A DNA stretch of 18,257 nucleotides, from the IMG/VR virus record IMGVR_UViG_3300016674_000066. The stretch is one strand, 5' to 3'. Each line of letters starts with the position of its first letter. Positions within the stretch are counted from its first letter, which is position 1. The position numbers and the translations under genes were made by a program. This document shows positions 14,313 through 18,257 of the stretch, piece by piece. The DNA comes from a virus. Its lineage: Duplodnaviria > Heunggongvirae > Uroviricota > Caudoviricetes. The notes beneath the pieces were generated by a model. That model searched no databases and was not told where the DNA came from. It saw only the letters and a list, made by a program, of their open reading frames with translations.

Positions 14313-16144
14313 GCGCATACAACGCCGGAGCAATCCTCCAGGGCCTTAACAACGGCGTTGTCGATGCGTGGAAGTTCGGCATCCAGCAGGATCGCATTGA
14401 TCGCCAGGAGGCCCGCCAGGCCGAGATCGACAGGCGCGCAGCCGAGGCTCACGACCTGAACATGCGCGCACGACAACTTGAGTTTGACGAGGTCAACCGC
14501 CAGGTTACCGAGCGCCAAGGTGCTCGCCAAGCTGCCACGCCGCAGAAGGCCGAGAACGGTTTCGCTGTCGGGCAGCAGGGCTCCCAGAACTTCTACAAGG
14601 ACGAGGCCACAGCTCGCACAGCAGCCGAGGACCAGGCCTTCATTGATGGCGCTGATGCGCCCCAGGCTCCGCGCCAGGCCACGGCCCTCACCGGCGGTGG
14701 CAAGCCCCAGATCGGCGCCTTTGGCATGAAGGCCGACAACTCCCGCATCGGCACGGCCAAGCGCGTTGCCGACTACTGGCGCAGCCTCGGTGAGACCGAC
14801 AAGGCTGATCAGATCGAGATGCAGGCCAAGGAGACCGATCGCAAGTTCTACGACGCGGCCCGCGAAGAAGTGTGGCGCAATGCCCTGGTGGCCAGTAAGG
14901 ATGGCCCGCAGGCCTTCGTCGACGCCCTGTACAAGAGCTACAACGACGGCTTCGACGCTCGCGTTGTGCCTGGTCCCAATGGCGGCGGCCGCGTTGAGCG
15001 CATCGGCCCGGACGGCAAGCCTGCTGGCGCCATCGACTTCAGGAACATGGATGACCTGGCTGCTCAGGCCTACCAGCTGGTGTTTCCTGATCGCGCCTAC
15101 GAGGCTCGAGCTGCCAGCAGGGCTGAGTTGGCCAAGGAAATCGCGAAGAAGCCTGTCGAGTCGGTGCCTGACGGTTACTACGACAAGGCGACTGGCCGCT
15201 TCGTTCGCACTCGCGCGTCTGGCGACCAGATCATTGGCTACAACTCCGATGGCGATCCGATCTACGGCAAGGCTGCTGGCTCTGGCTCGAGCAAGAGCGG
15301 CAAAGCTGGCGGCACGCCGCTCAGTCAGGCCTCTGAGTTGTGGGAGACCGTGGGCACCAAGGGCGAAAACAAGCTGCCGACAGACCAGTTTGCGCGCGGC
15401 TTCCGCGTTGTTGAGGAGCTTGTTGGCGGTGGAGCGACACCTGCGGTTGCCGTTGATGCCGCCATGGCTGTCGTCACCAATCCAAAGGCAACCAGACTCG
15501 AGCTCAACACTGAGAGCGGCACAGTTGACCTGGTGTACGAAAACAAAGAGATCAACGGCGGCAAGCCCATGCGCGTGGCTGCCGGCGCTGGCACGATCGC
15601 AGAGCTCGAGAAGACTGCAGGCAAGGATGTGCTCAGAACCGAGGTCGCCAAGATGGTGACCAAGGACTATGGCGACAAGTCTCAGCAGATGATTCAGATT
15701 GCCTCTGACCCGAATCTTTCTCGAGAGTATCTGCGCCAGGCTGAAGCCAAGGGTCTTGATGTGGATGCCATCAGAAACCGGCTGAGCCTGATCCGCTCCT
15801 ACCTCCCGCCGGAGACCAAGAGCGGTGAGCCCGCTGCCGCAAAGCAGCCAGGCAGATCTCTGCTTGACGTTCTGCGTGGAAGCCAGGGTCCCAGCAAGAC
15901 AGACCCCAATTCACTCGCCGGTCAGTTCCAGGGGCGACAGAATCAGTTGTCTCGCGAGAAACAACAGGCGGAAGCAGCAAAAGTTGAGCGCGCACAAAAG
16001 GTGAGCGAGCAGTTCAAGCTGGACAAGAAATCGATGGAGCCGCTTGATTTTGTAGGAAAATATGACCCCATCCGCTCGCAACTCAGCAGGGAAGACCTCA
16101 TCGAGCTGCGACGCATCGAAGAACTGGCTTTCCGGCGCAAGTAA
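14309..16144 (+). CDS. Internal virion/ejection protein (gp15/gp20-like, ~611 aa)
   Basis: ATGA overlap at 14309; charged helical stretches (RQEARQAEIDRRAAEAHD); lies between the gp14-like gene and the SLT-bearing gene. Confidence 0.65.
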   Translation: MSAYNAGAILQGLNNGVVDAWKFGIQQDRIDRQEARQAEIDRRAAEAHDLNMRARQLEFDEVNRQVTERQGARQAATPQKAENGFAVGQQGSQNFYKDEATARTAAEDQAFIDGADAPQAPRQATALTGGGKPQIGAFGMKADNSRIGTAKRVADYWRSLGETDKADQIEMQAKETDRKFYDAAREEVWRNALVASKDGPQAFVDALYKSYNDGFDARVVPGPNGGGRVERIGPDGKPAGAIDFRNMDDLAAQAYQLVFPDRAYEARAASRAELAKEIAKKPVESVPDGYYDKATGRFVRTRASGDQIIGYNSDGDPIYGKAAGSGSSKSGKAGGTPLSQASELWETVGTKGENKLPTDQFARGFRVVEELVGGGATPAVAVDAAMAVVTNPKATRLELNTESGTVDLVYENKEINGGKPMRVAAGAGTIAELEKTAGKDVLRTEVAKMVTKDYGDKSQQMIQIASDPNLSREYLRQAEAKGLDVDAIRNRLSLIRSYLPPETKSGEPAAAKQPGRSLLDVLRGSQGPSKTDPNSLAGQFQGRQNQLSREKQQAEAAKVERAQKVSEQFKLDKKSMEPLDFVGKYDPIRSQLSREDLIELRRIEELAFRRK

Positions 16145-16147
16145 TTC

Positions 16148-18257
16148 ATGGCACAACAAGACTTCTCCGACCTCCTCGCCGCCGAGCCTGGCGCATCAAA
16201 AGCTCAATCGGCCGGCACTGGCGGTCGGGCGTCGAGCTCCGACTTCTCCGACCTGTTGGCATCGGAGCCGGTTGGGCGCTCGAGCGGGTCGGATATTGAT
16301 GCGGCACTGGCTGCGGAAGGCGTAACCGGTCGCGCTGCAGAGTTCATCAAGAGCATCTATAGCCAGGAGTCTTCGTCTGGCCGCAACACCAAGACATCGA
16401 ACGCTGGGGCTGTTGGCGGGATGCAGATCCTTCCTGGCACCTTCCGAGATGTGGCGGATGATGGCTGGGACATCAACAACAAAGAGCACAACCTTCGCGC
16501 CGGCATCCGCTACGCCAAGCAGGGCTACGACCAGGCTGACGGCGATCTGACCCTGGCTGGCGCCTATTACTACGGCGGCCCCGGCGGGCTGGAGAAGGCG
16601 CGTCGCGGCATTGCTGTATCCGACCCGCGCAACCCGAATGCCCCCAACACGCTGCAGTACGGCCGCGAGGTGGCTGCCCGTGTTGATGGCAGCAGTCAGT
16701 CTCAGCCCGCCCAGTCGACCCAGTCTCGTCAGCGCAACCCGTACGCCAACACGTACCGCGAGCCCGAGCCGGAAAAGTCCATCATCGACCAGGTGCTTGA
16801 TGTCGGCAAGGCTGCGTGGCAGGGCGCAAAGTCCACGGGCCGCAGTGTTGCTGCAACCGGCAACACCTACATGGGCAACCTGTCTGACGTAGAGCTGCTC
16901 GCCAAGGCGCAGCAGGATGACGTCAAGAATGATCCCCAGGCCCTCGCAGGCCTGAAGGCTGAGATCCAGCGCCGTCAGCAGGAGAACCCGGACGCCGGAA
17001 TCCTTCAGGCTGCCAGCGACGTCGTCAGCGCCGCATGGAACAACAAGGCCGGCACGGTGCAGCTGGTGGCCGAGCAGGCGCCCAATGCAGCCGTATCTCT
17101 TGGTGCTGGCTACGCTGGCGCAAAACTCGGTGCTGCTGCGGGCTCAGTTTTTGGACCGGCCGGCACAGCTGTTGGTGGAACCCTTGGCTTCCTGACCGGC
17201 ATGTTCCTGGGCAACACCTTGCTCGAGACTGGTGGCAAGGCCCAGGAGATGGCTGCCGATGGATTCACGGCTGATGAAGCCCAGGCTGCCAAGGAGCAGG
17301 GCGCCGTCAAGGGCGGCGTAATCACCGCCGTCGATGCTGCAACACTCGGCGTTGGTCGCGGGATTGCTCGCACTCTCAATGGCGCCGCCATCAAGGCTGG
17401 TGCGCGCGCCGAAGCAAAGGTGCTGGCAGACGCCGGCATCAACATCTCCAACGGCGCAGAGATCGTCGAGGCTCTTGCTAAGAATCCGGCTCTGCGCGAA
17501 TCCGCGCGGCAAGCCGGTCAGGCCGCTGCATCCGAGGCATCGAGGCTCACCGCTCGAGTCGGAACTGCCGCAACGCTTGGCGCCACCGAAACCTTTGGCG
17601 AGGGCGCCGGCGAATATCTGGGTGACCTGGCCGCGACTGGCGAAGCCAACCCATACGACGCCGCAACAGAGGCCATTGCTGGGTTTGCACAGAGTGCGCC
17701 CGAGGTGTTCTGGTCCATGACTCAGTCGTCCGGGAATAACCTGGACATCAACGGCATCACCGAGGTAGCCAAGAAGGCGCAGGAGCCAAACAGCCCTCTG
17801 TCGAAGACGGTTCTGGCTGCAGAGAATGCACGCATGAAGGCTGGCATCCCGAGTGCCGCCGAGCAGCAAGCGCAGACCACCGTGGCCGACCCTGTGACCC
17901 GCCTCGCTGAGCTCGAGGCTATCGGCAAGGGCAAGCCTGAAAGCCAGGTCACCGACGAGAACGGCAACCAGATCACCATCCCTGGCGAGCAGGGCCGCTT
18001 CTTCACCCCCGAAGAGAAGGCAGAGTACGACCAACTCAAGGCTCTGCGTGATGCCACGCCAGGCATGCAGCCCGAGGCAGAGGCTGAAGCTCAGCCGCGA
18101 GTCGACGAGATCCTCGAGCGCACGCGCGCCATTGAGCAGACGCTGCGCACCAACCGTGGCCTCGAGGCGCTGCGCTCACCCGAATCCCCATACAAAGTTG
18201 GCCAGTTCCTGAACGACCTGGCCAGAGCTAAGAGCACGCGAGCAGGCCCTGGCCCGC
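16148..18257 (+). CDS. 3'-truncated large internal virion protein (T7 gp16-like) with N-terminal lytic transglycosylase (>703 aa)
   Basis: Hand translation from ATG 16148 shows no stop to the window end, which is why it is absent from the ORF track. SLT motifs: SIYSQES (E74 at 16367), GAVGGMQILPGT, NLRAGIRY, AYYYGGPG. Confidence 0.88.
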   Translation, partial: MAQQDFSDLLAAEPGASKAQSAGTGGRASSSDFSDLLASEPVGRSSGSDIDAALAAEGVTGRAAEFIKSIYSQESSSGRNTKTSNAGAVGGMQILPGTFRDVADDGWDINNKEHNLRAGIRYAKQGYDQADGDLTLAGAYYYGGPGGLEKARRGIAVSDPRNPNAPNTLQYGREVAARVDGSSQSQPAQSTQSRQRNPYANTYREPEPEKSIIDQVLDVGKAAWQGAKSTGRSVAATGNTYMGNLSDVELLAKAQQDDVKNDPQALAGLKAEIQRRQQENPDAGILQAASDVVSAAWNNKAGTVQLVAEQAPNAAVSLGAGYAGAKLGAAAGSVFGPAGTAVGGTLGFLTGMFLGNTLLETGGKAQEMAADGFTADEAQAAKEQGAVKGGVITAVDAATLGVGRGIARTLNGAAIKAGARAEAKVLADAGINISNGAEIVEALAKNPALRESARQAGQAAASEASRLTARVGTAATLGATETFGEGAGEYLGDLAATGEANPYDAATEAIAGFAQSAPEVFWSMTQSSGNNLDINGITEVAKKAQEPNSPLSKTVLAAENARMKAGIPSAAEQQAQTTVADPVTRLAELEAIGKGKPESQVTDENGNQITIPGEQGRFFTPEEKAEYDQLKALRDATPGMQPEAEAEAQPRVDEILERTRAIEQTLRTNRGLEALRSPESPYKVGQFLNDLARAKSTRAGPGP

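Larger units (their letters stand above)
1..18257 (+). mobile_element. Phage/prophage virion morphogenesis region (podovirus-like tail fibres, nozzle and ejection proteins)
   Basis: About 21 co-oriented, tightly packed ORFs, many with ATGA/GTGA overlaps. Includes two S74 domains, a gp38-like adhesin, DUF4376, a tail tubular B-like gene and an SLT-bearing large internal protein. No att site or integrase, so free phage versus prophage cannot be decided. Confidence 0.93.

Noticed and set aside
17144-18034. 296-aa minus-strand ORF, and the other short minus-strand or alternate-frame ORFs in the track
   Set aside because: In-register shadow of the ORF starting at 16148. The plus-strand gene set already tiles the window with coupled junctions.
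1-18257. tRNA/rRNA/ncRNA genes, IS elements, integrase/att sites, rho-independent terminators
   Set aside because: Almost no intergenic space, and no cloverleaf, transposase motif or GC hairpin followed by a U-tract was seen.

Overview
The whole window is one + strand virion morphogenesis region of a high-GC, short-tailed (podovirus-like) phage or prophage. No integrase, replication, lysis, RNA or clearly host-chromosomal genes are visible, and both terminal ORFs run off the window. Gene order: (i) a 5'-truncated repeat-rich structural protein and a fibre-adaptor-like gene; (ii) fibre 1, followed by a lower-GC cassette of three tandem paralogues, a fourth small protein and a chaperone-like gene; (iii) fibre 2, which shares fibre 1's N-terminal anchor, ends in an S74 intramolecular chaperone and is followed by a T-even gp38-like polyglycine adhesin and a DUF4376-type chaperone; (iv) an unexpected, translationally coupled insert of a minimal ATP-grasp protein, a shortened Bug/TctC periplasmic binding protein and a small conserved phage protein; (v) a T7-like nozzle/ejectosome series: tail tubular B-like protein, small protein, GNAT, a gp14-like protein with an S74 domain, two further internal proteins, and a large gp16-like protein with an N-terminal lytic transglycosylase (16148 to beyond the end, missing from the ORF track). 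The Bug gene weakly suggests a Burkholderiales host. All family calls are by-eye motif recognition; no searches were run.
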